Source: a virus | Taxonomy: Duplodnaviria > Heunggongvirae > Uroviricota > Caudoviricetes | IMG/VR virus record: IMGVR_UViG_3300033549_000065 | Coordinates: 64,001-128,000 of that record | Strand: one strand, 5' to 3' | DNA: 64,000 nt | In this document: positions 10,471-21,037 of the stretch, piece after piece | How positions within the stretch are numbered: the first letter of the stretch is position 1 | Layout of the letters: every line of letters starts with the position of its first letter | Position numbers and translations under genes: made by a program | Notes under the pieces: model-generated | The model's database searches: none | Told to the model about the DNA's origin: nothing | What the model saw: the letters and a program-made list of their open reading frames with translations, nothing else

Positions 10471-11065
10471 ATTTGACCATATGGCTCTTCAAAGAGATAT
10501 TATTAGAAATTTAAGTAAAGAAATGAATAGATTATCCCGCGAATTTATTGACATCATGAAATTTGAAATAGACTCTATTCCAGATAGCGGAAGTGGCACA
10601 GTTGGCAAAGATGAATGGAGAACTTCTGTTCGTAATGCTTTGAATTTTTATGCTGCCGATACAGCAAATGCTATTATTAGAAATGTTGGTATCACTGACC
10701 AAGACGATGATAACGGTTTAATGAGAGCTATGTTAATTGAGTTTGGTATGGGCACTGAAGCTGATATCGAAGAAAATCCTTGGATTCAAGAATATAAAGC
10801 TTCTCAATATTATCATGGAGAAAGAAATGGAAGTATGCGTGTATATGCTCGTGAAGGTATGCGTGTATATGACATAGATGATAATACTTGGTATATGAGC
10901 AATGCTAATCATAGAGAAGAAATAAAAGCATATAGACAACCCGGCTCTGGATTTTGGCGTAAAGTCTTTAAAAATACGGCAATTCAAAGCGATAAAATGC
11001 TACAAAATGCAATAGATAGAGTTATGGACAATATTGATTTTTCAAAATATTTAGTGTCGAGGTGA
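10454..11065 (+). CDS. Putative neck / tail completion protein
   Basis: 203 aa, LIEFGMGT motif like HK97 gp10-type neck proteins; exact start uncertain. Confidence 0.5.
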   Translation: MGVLLRFDHMALQRDIIRNLSKEMNRLSREFIDIMKFEIDSIPDSGSGTVGKDEWRTSVRNALNFYAADTANAIIRNVGITDQDDDNGLMRAMLIEFGMGTEADIEENPWIQEYKASQYYHGERNGSMRVYAREGMRVYDIDDNTWYMSNANHREEIKAYRQPGSGFWRKVFKNTAIQSDKMLQNAIDRVMDNIDFSKYLVSR

Positions 11066-11520
11066 GGTTAATGTCGTTGGCAACAGATTACGCTGGTGTT
11101 ATCAGTGTGTTGGTAAATGATTCAACATTAAAAACATTAATGCTTATTCCAACGGCAGACCAGACGAACTATAGATTATTGTTGGAGAAATACTTTCTTC
11201 AAACGTTTATAAGTGACGTTTTTACCGATGATGGAGTATGCAGAATAATTATAAGAAGTGATTTACAAACAGAAACAAATAATGACTATGTTAAATTTAA
11301 CGGTGTTATTTTTGAGGTATATATACCAAAAGCAAAGGATTTGATGTCAGGTTTTCAGACACGTATTAACCAAATAGCCGACAGATTAATTGCCTTATTT
11401 AATAGGGAATACGTTGGTGTTAATAAACTTTATTTCACAAGATGTGTTGAACTGGCCTCATATACCAATTATTTCAAACGATATTATTTAAAGTTTGAAT
11501 ATAAAGCAATTTACAGATAA
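11062..11520 (+). CDS. Putative tail terminator
   Basis: 152 aa immediately before the major tail gene. Confidence 0.5.
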   Translation: MRLMSLATDYAGVISVLVNDSTLKTLMLIPTADQTNYRLLLEKYFLQTFISDVFTDDGVCRIIIRSDLQTETNNDYVKFNGVIFEVYIPKAKDLMSGFQTRINQIADRLIALFNREYVGVNKLYFTRCVELASYTNYFKRYYLKFEYKAIYR

Positions 11521-11527
11521 AAATTTC

Positions 11528-11567
11528 ATATTTAAATATCCAATAAATTTTCATCATATTTAAATAT
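11528..11567. promoter_or_regulatory. Double ATATTTAAATAT box, 28 bp period, upstream of the major tail gene
   Basis: Perfect boxes at 11528 and 11556. Confidence 0.8.
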
Positions 11568-11644
11568 TAAAAAGTCTCTTCTCTCATTCAGCGAAAGCTG
11601 ATTTTAAATAAACAATTTAAAAATTAAAATAAGGAGGAAAAACA

Positions 11645-12421
11645 ATGGCATTTTCAGGTAAAGGATTTATTATCGATGCTCCTCAAGTTCTGTTGCAGAC
11701 TACAAGTGGTAATTCTCATTTGGCTACAGCTACCCAAGGTACAATTACATTGGGTGGAGATAGTATAGAATTAGCTGGTGGTTGGTCATTCTACAACTTG
11801 GCACGTATTGATACTAAGAAAACTATAAACCTCAGTTTAACTGATGCTCAGTGGGACTATGACACATTATGGTTGACAAGCGGAGGTGCTAAAACCACTG
11901 CTGCCAGTTCATATTACTATTTCGGTACTGCATATACAGTTGCAACAACTACATACAGAATTACTTTAGAAGATAAAATCGTTGAAGCTAGTTCAGTTGA
12001 AATTAATGGTTACACAGATGTAACGGCAACTTCAACTACTCCTGCTGCTGCTGAATTCTGGCATTACACAAGTGGAACAGATACAATTCTTGAATTTAAC
12101 AGTGCTGCTGTTGGTTTGAAATTATATCCAAGCTATACCGTGGCAACAACTTCAACTACAAGCATATTAACAACACAGACCACAGACTTTGCTGCTGCTG
12201 GTTCTGCAATAGCTCAGTTTCCGATTTATTCCGACGCTGATGCAACAGATTCAACAATAATCGCATATGCTCAGTTGGAAATCTATAAAGTTAAAATCAT
12301 GCCCACGTATGAATTTAGCGGGTCTTATAAAACCGGAAGCAACTTTAAGCTAGATTTAGAGGGGCTTGACCCACGTAGAAGCGACTCAAACATGTGGCAA
12401 TTGATAGTTGTACCAGTTTAA
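11645..12421 (+). CDS. Major tail (tube) protein
   Basis: 258 aa Thr-rich beta protein, strong SD TAAGGAGG, position after neck genes. Confidence 0.7.
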   Translation: MAFSGKGFIIDAPQVLLQTTSGNSHLATATQGTITLGGDSIELAGGWSFYNLARIDTKKTINLSLTDAQWDYDTLWLTSGGAKTTAASSYYYFGTAYTVATTTYRITLEDKIVEASSVEINGYTDVTATSTTPAAAEFWHYTSGTDTILEFNSAAVGLKLYPSYTVATTSTTSILTTQTTDFAAAGSAIAQFPIYSDADATDSTIIAYAQLEIYKVKIMPTYEFSGSYKTGSNFKLDLEGLDPRRSDSNMWQLIVVPV

Positions 12422-12473
12422 TGTGAATAATTAATTATTGACATTAAATAAGATTTATAATAAATAATTTGCA

Positions 12474-12502
12474 TTGACAAATAAAAAATAAAGTGTTATA
12501 TT
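12474..12502 (+). promoter_or_regulatory. sigmaA-type promoter at the start of the glycan island
   Basis: TTGACA (12474-79), 17 bp spacer, TATATT (12497-502). Confidence 0.6.
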
Positions 12503-12503
12503 T

Positions 12504-12545
12504 AGTATAGGAATCCTAAAAAAATTCCTATACTAATTTTTTTTT
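12504..12545 (+). terminator. Hairpin plus U-tract (terminator or operator)
   Basis: AGTATAGGAAT (12504-14) / ATTCCTATACT (12524-34) followed by AATTTTTTTTT. Confidence 0.7.
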
Positions 12546-12575
12546 ATCAAAAATCAAAAAGGAACAAAGGAATAT

Positions 12576-13562
12576 ATGAAAAATGTATTAATACCTCCGA
12601 TTGTTGATTATCGTTTTTTAAAACAACTGCCACAGCAAATGGCTGAACAGTTTGCTAATAATGGCTATAAAGTACATTACTGCAATATGTACCCTGTCAA
12701 CAAAAGTGTGATTGAAGTTAGTGACAACCTTACTGTTTACAATGATTGTAAGGTATTTTTAAATTTATTTAAAAGTAAGAAAATGAAAATTGATATATTT
12801 TACAATACATGGGCAAAAAATTATAATTGGCTACCGACAATAAAGCCCGACATTACTATATATCATTCATGTGACATGTTCGAAGAATGGACAGCTTTTG
12901 AGCCATTAATAATGAAGCAATCAGACGTTGTGTTGGCTACATCACAGATGATTTACGATGAGAGAAGAAAAAATCATGATAACGTTCATCTAGTCAGAAA
13001 TGCTTGTAATGAAAGTATGATTAATGCTGAGTGGAAATGCCCAGAGGATATTGCTAAAATTGAAAATCCTATTGGATTATTTTCAGGAGCTATTGGAAAT
13101 TGGGTAAAGACGTTTTTATTAAGCGAAGCTTCAAATCATTGTAATACTGTATTGGTAGGTTCTGAGTTCGGAAAACAACGACCTCAAAAGATGATAAATC
13201 TTGGAATAAAAAAGCATTCAGATTTAGTAAATTATTATAATGCTTCAGATATTGGATTATTGCCTTTTAATGTTAATTCAACTGTCACACAAGCTGCAAA
13301 TCCTATAAAGATGTGGGAGTATCTTGCTTGTGGATTGCCAGTATTAGCTACTTCTTGGGTTGAAACAGATTTACCAGAACTTAAAGACGTTGTGTTTACT
13401 GCAAATGAAACAGATAAATTTATTGAAAAATTAAATATGCTGTTAAATCTTAATGAAAATGAGAAAAAACAAATTTCAGAAAAAGCAAAAGAAATAGCAA
13501 GGAATAATACATGGGAAAAAAGATTTAAACAAGTAGAGGATATAATTAAGAATTTAAAATAA
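12576..13562 (+). CDS. GT-B glycosyltransferase (GT4 / TuaH-like)
   Basis: C-terminal NPIKMWEYLACGLPVLAT signature. Confidence 0.85.
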   Translation: MKNVLIPPIVDYRFLKQLPQQMAEQFANNGYKVHYCNMYPVNKSVIEVSDNLTVYNDCKVFLNLFKSKKMKIDIFYNTWAKNYNWLPTIKPDITIYHSCDMFEEWTAFEPLIMKQSDVVLATSQMIYDERRKNHDNVHLVRNACNESMINAEWKCPEDIAKIENPIGLFSGAIGNWVKTFLLSEASNHCNTVLVGSEFGKQRPQKMINLGIKKHSDLVNYYNASDIGLLPFNVNSTVTQAANPIKMWEYLACGLPVLATSWVETDLPELKDVVFTANETDKFIEKLNMLLNLNENEKKQISEKAKEIARNNTWEKRFKQVEDIIKNLK

Positions 13563-13573
13563 TATTTAAATAC
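13562..13573. promoter_or_regulatory. Single ATATTTAAATAC box
   Basis: One-mismatch copy between GT genes. Confidence 0.45.
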
Positions 13574-13607
13574 AAAAATTTTTATGTAAAGGAATAAAGG
13601 TATAAAA

Positions 13608-14627
13608 ATGAATATAGCAAAAAATAAAAAAATCAATGTTTTGTTTTTGAATCCAGCCCCTAGTTTAATTAAATATGGAATGTATTGGGGCATGAGTAAA
13701 ATTGGCTGTAATGCTTATTTATTTGACTATGGTGAAACTGCTTTATTTGATAAACCAGCCGATTATCAGTTAAAAAAGATTGAAGAAAAAATCATAGAGC
13801 AAAAGACAAATCTCATTTTTTGTGAAGGTTACGGAGGAGCGCCTATTCCTCAGATTAAAGAATTATGTAAGAAATATGGAATACAGTTCCATTTTTGGGA
13901 TATTGAAAGTCCTGTTACTCCAAGTATAGCAATGGGACAATTAAAATATGCTGATTTTATGTGGAGTACATGTATTGAATATATAGAAAAATTCAGAAGA
14001 ATGGGTTATTTGTCTGATTTACTGCTGTTTGGCTGTAATAATGATTATCATATCGCTAGAGAGCCGGAAGATAGGTTTAAACACGATATTTCTGTTGTGG
14101 GGTGTAATTACTCTAATAGGTTTGATAAGACGAGGGAATTCATCATTCCGCTGTTTGATAAGTTTGATGCTTTTGCTTATGGCTTTGCTTGGCTTGATGC
14201 TGGAAGACCTGTTAACTTATGCAGACATCCTGACAAAGTATGGGGAGAACCAAATGGATATTTAGGTTATGAGAATCTTGGAAGCGTAATAGCTTCAAGT
14301 AAAATAATGCTTGGAATGAACTGTCAGACTGATTTATCAATTACGCAAACATCATGTAGGCCATTTGAAACGCTTGCTTGGAGTAATAATGCTATCTATC
14401 TCGCGTGGTACACGCCCGCACAGAATACTTTATTTGGGGATTACATGTATCAGGCACATAATAAGCAGGAAATGATTGATATGGCAAATGAAATACTGGC
14501 AATGACAGATGAACAGAGAATAGCTTATGCAAAAAGAAGTAGTGAGTATGTTCACAGAGAACACAATTACGCTAGACGTGCTCAGACCGTTGTTGATAAA
14601 GCATTTGAATTAGGAGGTATTGACTAA
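13608..14627 (+). CDS. CgeB-like glycosyltransferase
   Basis: KHDISVVG, SSKIMLGMN, RPFE, EHNYARRA pattern of CgeB-type GT-B proteins. Confidence 0.75.
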   Translation: MNIAKNKKINVLFLNPAPSLIKYGMYWGMSKIGCNAYLFDYGETALFDKPADYQLKKIEEKIIEQKTNLIFCEGYGGAPIPQIKELCKKYGIQFHFWDIESPVTPSIAMGQLKYADFMWSTCIEYIEKFRRMGYLSDLLLFGCNNDYHIAREPEDRFKHDISVVGCNYSNRFDKTREFIIPLFDKFDAFAYGFAWLDAGRPVNLCRHPDKVWGEPNGYLGYENLGSVIASSKIMLGMNCQTDLSITQTSCRPFETLAWSNNAIYLAWYTPAQNTLFGDYMYQAHNKQEMIDMANEILAMTDEQRIAYAKRSSEYVHREHNYARRAQTVVDKAFELGGID

Positions 14628-15376
14628 TGGCTGGTTACGAAGGAACACCTTGGCTTTATAAAACATGTGAAATAAAGTATGAGGAAAAGGATGCAATGTC
14701 TGATACTGAGTTAATTAGTATAATTTGTGACAGTGTAAGGAATAAAAAGCCTTTCTGCATTAGTAGGTATGGAGACGGAGAAATTACTGTAATGTCCCAA
14801 GATTTGGCGTTAACACAAGAATGGCTAAGGAAGAATGTTGCATGGTATGACGGTTATACTTATTGTGGTGTTAAACTTCCTGATTATGATATGAGAGACA
14901 GATTAATACAGGCAGCAAAAGATTCTGATGCTATAGGAGTATTTTTTAATGATGCTTTTATAGACAGGGTATTTTCAAGTATTCATTTTAAACACGAAAA
15001 GTATTTTTATGCTTTTGCAAATGTATATTTCTGTTATAAAAAAGAATTTGTTGATTTAATAAAAGAAAATCCACCAATAGTTGTAGGAAGAAACGCTAAA
15101 AGGTATTCTGAATTACTGAAAAAAGAATTAGGAGTAACAGTTCCCGGTTATTATACAGAAATAACTTGTCCAAAAGACATTGAGCCTACTATGGATTGGA
15201 TGGAAAGCGTTGAACATGATTGGGCTTTAGTTTCTGCGGGTTGTAATGCAAATATTATTTGCACTCAAATGAAAAAAAGAACTGGTAAGGTTTATATTGA
15301 CCTAGGCCAAGGAACCGATACACTATTAGACCCTAAATATGAAGGAAGGTATTATTTTTACAAAGAAGAAAAATGA
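14627..15376 (+). CDS. GT-D fold glycosyltransferase
   Basis: KPFCISRYGDGE and YIDLGQ motifs typical of DUF1792 / GT-D. Confidence 0.75.
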   Translation: MAGYEGTPWLYKTCEIKYEEKDAMSDTELISIICDSVRNKKPFCISRYGDGEITVMSQDLALTQEWLRKNVAWYDGYTYCGVKLPDYDMRDRLIQAAKDSDAIGVFFNDAFIDRVFSSIHFKHEKYFYAFANVYFCYKKEFVDLIKENPPIVVGRNAKRYSELLKKELGVTVPGYYTEITCPKDIEPTMDWMESVEHDWALVSAGCNANIICTQMKKRTGKVYIDLGQGTDTLLDPKYEGRYYFYKEEK

Positions 15377-15900
15377 AAAATTATTATGAAATATTTGGCG
15401 ATAAAGTTTATATTTATTTAACGCAAGGACAAATTGCAGTAATTGATTTTGAAGATTTAAATTTAGCGAATAGTTTTATAGGCTTATGGTGCGCTCATTA
15501 TGACGAAGACGTAAATAACTATTATGTCGTTGGAAAATTTAAAGAAAATAATCATTGGAAAACAATCAAGTTGCATAGGCTTTTAACGAATACAAAAGAA
15601 AGAAATATATTTGTTGACCATAAAAATCATAATACCTTGGATAATACAAGAAATAATTTAAGACCATGTACTATTCAAGAAAATAATATGAATGCTAGAC
15701 CTAGAAAATTTGTTTCGAGTAAATATAAGGGTGTTAATTGGCATAGAGGTATTAATAAATGGGTGGCAAGAATTGGTTTTAATGGAAAAAGAATTGCATT
15801 AGGTTGTTATGATAAAGAAGAAGAAGCAGCATTGGCGTATCAAAATAAAGCAATAGAATTATTTGGAGAATTTAAATATCAATATGAAAAAATAAGTTAA
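15373..15900 (+). mobile_element. Free-standing HNH-AP2 homing endonuclease
   Basis: VDHKNHNTLDNTRNNLR HNH motif plus C-terminal AP2 (SKYKGV.W...W.ARI...LG.YD.EEEAA.AY). Confidence 0.9.
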
Positions 15901-15918
15901 ATAAGGATTGGTTAAAAG

Positions 15919-16623
15919 ATGAAATATAGTGTTTGCATTCTTCATTGGAATTGGTTAGAAGTGTTACAACCGACAATTGAAAATCTTCGCAAAGAGCGAG
16001 AAACAGTTGATTTAGAAATAATCGTATTAGATAATGGCTCAGAAGATGGTTCAAGAGAGTGGCTATTTCAACAGATTAAAGACATTACTATTATTTTTAA
16101 TAATAAAAATGTCGGGGCTGCTGTTGGAAGAAATCAGATGTTAAATATAGCTAAAGGTGAATATATTTTAATGTTAGATTCTGACATTTTATATGCTAAT
16201 GGCTCTATAGAATATTTAGCAAAAAGATTCGAAAATCAATCAAACAATGTTATGTGTATTGGCTTTAATCCACAAGTTTTTCATAATAATATGAATAACT
16301 ATACAGGTGTTCTGCCAAGTCTTGATGCACCATTAAAAAAGCATGATTTTCAAAGTGCTTCATATGCGTTAACACAGTATGGTTTATTTAAAAGCAAAAT
16401 GTTTGAAGCTTGCAGTTTTGATGAATCATTTGGTGTTGGTTATGGATTTGAAGACGATGATTTATTTTATCAAATGTGTGATTTTGGATGGGAAGTGCAT
16501 TCTGTCGATTTTGAATATTATCATGCTAAAAATACCGATAAGTGGAAAGCAGTTCATGAGAAATCAATGGTAAATTATTATGATAGACATGCAATGTTTA
16601 GAATGAAGTGGTGGAGTGATTAA
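15919..16623 (+). CDS. GT2-family glycosyltransferase
   Basis: IIVLDNGSEDGS, RNQ, LDSD (DxD), EDDDL motifs. Confidence 0.85.
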   Translation: MKYSVCILHWNWLEVLQPTIENLRKERETVDLEIIVLDNGSEDGSREWLFQQIKDITIIFNNKNVGAAVGRNQMLNIAKGEYILMLDSDILYANGSIEYLAKRFENQSNNVMCIGFNPQVFHNNMNNYTGVLPSLDAPLKKHDFQSASYALTQYGLFKSKMFEACSFDESFGVGYGFEDDDLFYQMCDFGWEVHSVDFEYYHAKNTDKWKAVHEKSMVNYYDRHAMFRMKWWSD

Positions 16624-17322
16624 ATGAATAAAAATATATATATATGTTGGGCATCTATAAGACCTCATGCTGTAAAAGAAGTCTCAAAGGAATGGCTTGA
16701 AAATTGTGTTTTTAAAGAAAATCTTTATTGGAAAATAGCAATGGCAAGCGAAGAGCAAAAAGCAGAAGTAGAAGCGTTAAATATACCGAACTGTGATGTT
16801 ATAGCCGTAACAGATAAAGTTAGTTACAATCACGCAATAACTCAGATTACGTTGAATTTAGAAATGAATGATGAGGACATTTTAATTGTGGTTTCGGACG
16901 ATATGTATTGTTTTTCCGGTTGGGACATGTATTTAAGACAAAGATTTGAAGAATGGCAAGGGGCAATATTCATTAATGATGGTTGCGGTATTTATAGCAG
17001 AATAATAACCCTTGCTTGTATGACTTTTGCTTGCATTAAGAAATTAAATAAAATCATCTATCATCCAGTATATACTCATTTTTATTCTGATGATGAGGCA
17101 TATTGGAATTTGCTTGAACTTGGATTATTGCAAGACAATAGAAGTTTGCAAGATGAACATGGTAATTTTATTGACCCTGCTTATTTTCAGCATAAACATT
17201 ATGGAACGGATGGAACAAGACCTGATATACACGATAATAGATATAAACAGTCATATACAACAGATGGACATATTTTTCATAAAAGAAGAAACATGCCTAT
17301 TCATGAAAGGTTGAAGTTATGA
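16624..17322 (+). CDS. GT-A-like glycosyltransferase, paralogue 1
   Basis: VVSDD, FYSDDE, HKH motifs; clear similarity to the next ORF. Confidence 0.6.
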   Translation: MNKNIYICWASIRPHAVKEVSKEWLENCVFKENLYWKIAMASEEQKAEVEALNIPNCDVIAVTDKVSYNHAITQITLNLEMNDEDILIVVSDDMYCFSGWDMYLRQRFEEWQGAIFINDGCGIYSRIITLACMTFACIKKLNKIIYHPVYTHFYSDDEAYWNLLELGLLQDNRSLQDEHGNFIDPAYFQHKHYGTDGTRPDIHDNRYKQSYTTDGHIFHKRRNMPIHERLKL

Positions 17323-17996
17323 AAACAATATATTTCTTATGGGCGACTGTTCGGCCTGAAATGGTTAAAGCTACATATCCGATTTGGGCAAATAGAAGGG
17401 TTTTAGGGACTCCGATTATAACAAAAATAGCAACATTGAACGATGTCATGAAAGCTCAAATCGATGCTTTAAATATACCGAACTGTGATGTAAAGGTTGT
17501 TAATGACAAAGAAGGTTACAATCATGCTGTAACAGTATTAAGTAAAGAACTTGAAGCAAATGATGATGACATTATTATTACTGTCTGTGATGATTTTGAT
17601 GCCCCTCAAGGTTGGGACAAGTTTGTTTTAGACAAGTTTGAGAACTTTGACGGAGCGCTTTTTCTTGATGATGGCTACCAAAATATTTTAATTAAAGAAG
17701 GTTGCATGTGTATAACTATTGCCTGTTTGACTTTCAGCACATTAAAGAAGCTCAATAAAATCATATTTCATCCTTCTTATAATCACTTCTTTTCTGATAC
17801 TGAAGCTTTTGTTAATTTTAAACAACTCGGAATACTATGGGACACAAGAGACACAGACAATATGTGCTTCAGACATGCAAGAGATAGAAAGCCATACGAT
17901 GATTATGACAGGCGTAATAGTGAATGGTGGGGTATTGATAACGCAAATTATTTAAAAAGGCTACAAATGAGCCTTGAGGAGAGATTACATGACTGA
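17319..17996 (+). CDS. GT-A-like glycosyltransferase, paralogue 2
   Basis: VCDDF, FFSDTE; shares LNIPNCDV, YNHA and KKLNKII.HP with the previous ORF. Confidence 0.6.
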   Translation: MKTIYFLWATVRPEMVKATYPIWANRRVLGTPIITKIATLNDVMKAQIDALNIPNCDVKVVNDKEGYNHAVTVLSKELEANDDDIIITVCDDFDAPQGWDKFVLDKFENFDGALFLDDGYQNILIKEGCMCITIACLTFSTLKKLNKIIFHPSYNHFFSDTEAFVNFKQLGILWDTRDTDNMCFRHARDRKPYDDYDRRNSEWWGIDNANYLKRLQMSLEERLHD

Positions 17997-18129
17997 AAAA
18001 TTATTAATTTATTTGATTTATTGCACAATATTTGGAATTATTGGTTGTATTATAAAAGATTATATCGGTTACTATTTATATGTATTTGGCTTCATGGTTG
18101 GATTTATAGGGAAAATGATTTTAGATTAA
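17989..18129 (+). CDS. 46 aa hydrophobic membrane peptide (not in ORF track)
   Basis: MTEKLLIYLIYCTIFGIIGCIIKDYIGYYLYVFGFMVGFIGKMILD; overlaps the upstream stop and ends just before the next SD. Confidence 0.5.
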   Translation: MTEKLLIYLIYCTIFGIIGCIIKDYIGYYLYVFGFMVGFIGKMILD

Positions 18130-18138
18130 GGAGAGAAA

Positions 18139-18762
18139 ATGGATAAAAATACGATAAGAGCAATGCTGCCAGATGATGCAGTTATTTTAGATGCAGGAGC
18201 TTTTAATGGAGGGGATTCAGTTGATTTTGCGAAGTTATTTCCGAATGGAACTATTATTGCGATTGAACCAGTCTCTTATATATATGAAATGTTGGTTGAT
18301 TATACGAAAGACTGTTCCAACATAAAGACTTTTAAATTAGCTTTAGATGATACTGTTGGAGAGAAAACAATGTATATAAGTTCTGGATTTTCAGTACAAT
18401 CAAGCGCTTTAATGAAACCGAAAGAGCATTTAACTATGTTTCCGACCTGTGAATTTAAGACGGAAGAAACCGTTAAGACAACGACAATAAATCAGTTCTG
18501 TAGGGACAATGGTATAAATAAGATTGACTTCATGTGGCTCGATTTACAGGGTAATGAACATAAAGTATTACAGAATGCAGATGAAATACTGCACACAACT
18601 CAGGCTATTTATTCGGAATACTCTTTAGTTGAGTATTATGAAGGGTTAACGCTTTACGAAGATTTTAAAAAATTCATGAGAGAAATAGGATTTGAAGAAA
18701 TTCATAATGAAAATCATTATAATTCAATTGGAATGGGCAACTCATTATTTGTAAGAAAATAG
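18139..18762 (+). CDS. FkbM-family SAM methyltransferase
   Basis: LDAGAFNG, IAIEP, IDFMWLDLQGNE motifs. Confidence 0.9.
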   Translation: MDKNTIRAMLPDDAVILDAGAFNGGDSVDFAKLFPNGTIIAIEPVSYIYEMLVDYTKDCSNIKTFKLALDDTVGEKTMYISSGFSVQSSALMKPKEHLTMFPTCEFKTEETVKTTTINQFCRDNGINKIDFMWLDLQGNEHKVLQNADEILHTTQAIYSEYSLVEYYEGLTLYEDFKKFMREIGFEEIHNENHYNSIGMGNSLFVRK

Positions 18763-18770
18763 CAATTTAT

Positions 18771-18797
18771 TATAAAGTGCACCGTGTGCACTTTATA
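18771..18797. terminator. Hairpin after the FkbM gene
   Basis: TATAAAGTGCAC-CGT-GTGCACTTTATA perfect inverted repeat; weak U-tract. Confidence 0.5.
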
Positions 18798-18829
18798 AAT
18801 CATATTTTTATACGCAATAAAAAAATCAT

Positions 18830-18841
18830 ATATTTAAATAT
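18830..18841. promoter_or_regulatory. ATATTTAAATAT box with a degenerate partner at 18802
   Basis: Perfect box at 18830; ATATTTTTATAC lies exactly 28 bp upstream. Confidence 0.6.
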
Positions 18842-18859
18842 AAAAAAAGGAGATTTAAA

Positions 18860-19570
18860 ATGTCAGGAGAAAGAAATATTTTTGGAAGTTATACACAGAA
18901 TAAGGTTTTTATTGAAACTGGAAGTTATTATGGAGAGGGCATACAGAGGGCTTTAGACGTTGGATTTGAAAGAATAATCTCAATTGAAATAACACCAAAG
19001 TATTTTAATTTATGTCAAGATAAATTTAAAAACAATACAAATGTTGAAATTTTATTCGGTGATTCTGTCAAAATACTGCCGGGTTTATTGGAGAGTATAG
19101 ACGAACCAGTTACCCTTTGGTTAGATGCACATTACACAGAACCTTCAACTTTATTCAATGAAAATGGTTGGTGTCCAATACTTAATGAGCTTGAAATTAT
19201 AAAAGCTCATGCTCAGAAGTATAATGACATATTGCTCATAGATGATTTAAGAGTATGGGAAGAATCTTGTTATGCTTTTGACTGTGATGATATAAGGAAT
19301 AAATTAAAAGAAATTAACTCAAATGTAGCAATCACATATGATGATGGATTTGTACCCAATGATGTTTTAGTTGCAAAGTTTGAAAATAAATCAGAGTCAA
19401 AGTCGGTAAATATCGAACTTCAACAACCTATGAATGTAGGAATGGTCGAAGTTACAGCATGTACACCTTCAATTAAAGCCGAAAAAAGTCCTAAGAAATA
19501 TGCTTCAAAATCAGAAGAAAAAAGAATTAAATCGCAGATAGAAAAAAAGAAAAATAAGGTGCAAATATGA
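18860..19570 (+). CDS. Class I SAM-dependent methyltransferase-like protein
   Basis: [25 protein letters not shown] motifs. Confidence 0.7.
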   Translation: MSGERNIFGSYTQNKVFIETGSYYGEGIQRALDVGFERIISIEITPKYFNLCQDKFKNNTNVEILFGDSVKILPGLLESIDEPVTLWLDAHYTEPSTLFNENGWCPILNELEIIKAHAQKYNDILLIDDLRVWEESCYAFDCDDIRNKLKEINSNVAITYDDGFVPNDVLVAKFENKSESKSVNIELQQPMNVGMVEVTACTPSIKAEKSPKKYASKSEEKRIKSQIEKKKNKVQI

Positions 19571-20601
19571 AAAAAGCATTAATAACAGGTATAACTGGTC
19601 AAGATGGTCATTATTTAACGAAATCATTATTGGAAAAAGATTATGAGGTACATGGATTAATAAGAAAAGCCAGTACATTTAATACAGAGAGAATTGATGA
19701 ATTTTATAATGACCCAAACATCGGATATAAAAAACTTCATCTTCATTTTGGCGATATGACTGACAGTAGTAATTTAAATAGGATTTTAAATAAGATAAAG
19801 CCTGATGAAATATACAATCTTGCTGCTCAGTCTCATGTAAAGGTATCTTTTGAAATGCCTGAATATACAGGTGATGTAGATGGTTTAGGTGTCGTAAGGC
19901 TATTAGATGCTATAAAAGATACAGGGATTAATACGAGATATTATCAGGCATCGAGTTCTGAATTATTTGGTGGATTGCCTGAAACCGTACCTCAGAATGA
20001 AAATACTCCATTTACACCAAGAAGTCCTTATGCTTGTGCAAAACTATATGCTTATTGGGTTACAAGGAATTATAGAGAAGCATATAATATGTTTGCTTGT
20101 AATGGAATACTAATGAACCATGAATCTCCAATGAGACTCCCAACATTTGTAACAAGAAAAATAACACAGTCTGTATCACGAATACTTTACGGAATGCAAA
20201 ATATATTGACTTTAGGTAATCTCGATGCAATAAGGGATTGGAGTTTTGCTGGCGACATGGTAGAAGGTATGTACTTAATGCTTCAACAGGACAAGCCACA
20301 GGACTATGTATTAGCTTCTGGCGAAGGGCGTACAGTTAGACAATTTGTAGAACAAGCCTTTCAATATGTTGGAATTAATATTTTATGGCATGGAGAAGGG
20401 ATAAATGAAATCGGAATTAATTCAAAAAATAATCAAACCTTAGTTAAAGTAGAAGAAAGATTTTTTAGGCCAACAGAGGTTGATTATTTACTCGGAGACT
20501 CAACAAAAGCAAGGAATGAGTTAGGTTGGAAACCAAAAGTAAGTTTTAATGAGCTTATTGAAATGATGATGGATTATGATTTAGAAATTAATAAAAAGTA
20601 A
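19567..20601 (+). CDS. gmd: GDP-mannose 4,6-dehydratase
   Basis: [49 protein letters not shown]. Confidence 0.97.
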   Translation: MKKALITGITGQDGHYLTKSLLEKDYEVHGLIRKASTFNTERIDEFYNDPNIGYKKLHLHFGDMTDSSNLNRILNKIKPDEIYNLAAQSHVKVSFEMPEYTGDVDGLGVVRLLDAIKDTGINTRYYQASSSELFGGLPETVPQNENTPFTPRSPYACAKLYAYWVTRNYREAYNMFACNGILMNHESPMRLPTFVTRKITQSVSRILYGMQNILTLGNLDAIRDWSFAGDMVEGMYLMLQQDKPQDYVLASGEGRTVRQFVEQAFQYVGINILWHGEGINEIGINSKNNQTLVKVEERFFRPTEVDYLLGDSTKARNELGWKPKVSFNELIEMMMDYDLEINKK

Positions 20602-20602
20602 G

Positions 20603-21037
20603 GTGAAATTAGTGAAAGCAAAGGTTGTGGTGGCAAGTGGCATTTTTAATATTTTACATCGTGGACATTTGGAATATTTAAGAATGGCGAAAGCTCTTGG
20701 TGACATTCTTATTGTTTTAGTTGACAGCGACAGAAAAACTATAGAGAATAAAGGCTATTTGGCATTAGATGAAGAAGCAAGAGTTGACATTATTAGTGAG
20801 TTAAAGTGTGTTGACATTGCAAAGATTATTGATATTTCTGTTGCTGAAGCTTTAGAATTAATTAAACCTGACATATTTTGTAAAGGAGGCGATAGAACAT
20901 TGGAAACACTGCCTCAAGAAGAAATAAATGCTTGTCAAAAGAACGGAATTGAGATTGTAACTGGTCTAGGAGATAAAATAAATTCAAGTAGTGAATTATA
21001 TAAAAAGGTGGAACTATGGAAAAAACATCAAAAATAA
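20603..21037 (+). CDS. HxGH nucleotidyltransferase (TagD / RfaE-II-like cytidylyltransferase)
   Basis: SGIFNILHRGH, KGGDR, SSSE motifs. Confidence 0.85.
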   Translation: MKLVKAKVVVASGIFNILHRGHLEYLRMAKALGDILIVLVDSDRKTIENKGYLALDEEARVDIISELKCVDIAKIIDISVAEALELIKPDIFCKGGDRTLETLPQEEINACQKNGIEIVTGLGDKINSSSELYKKVELWKKHQK

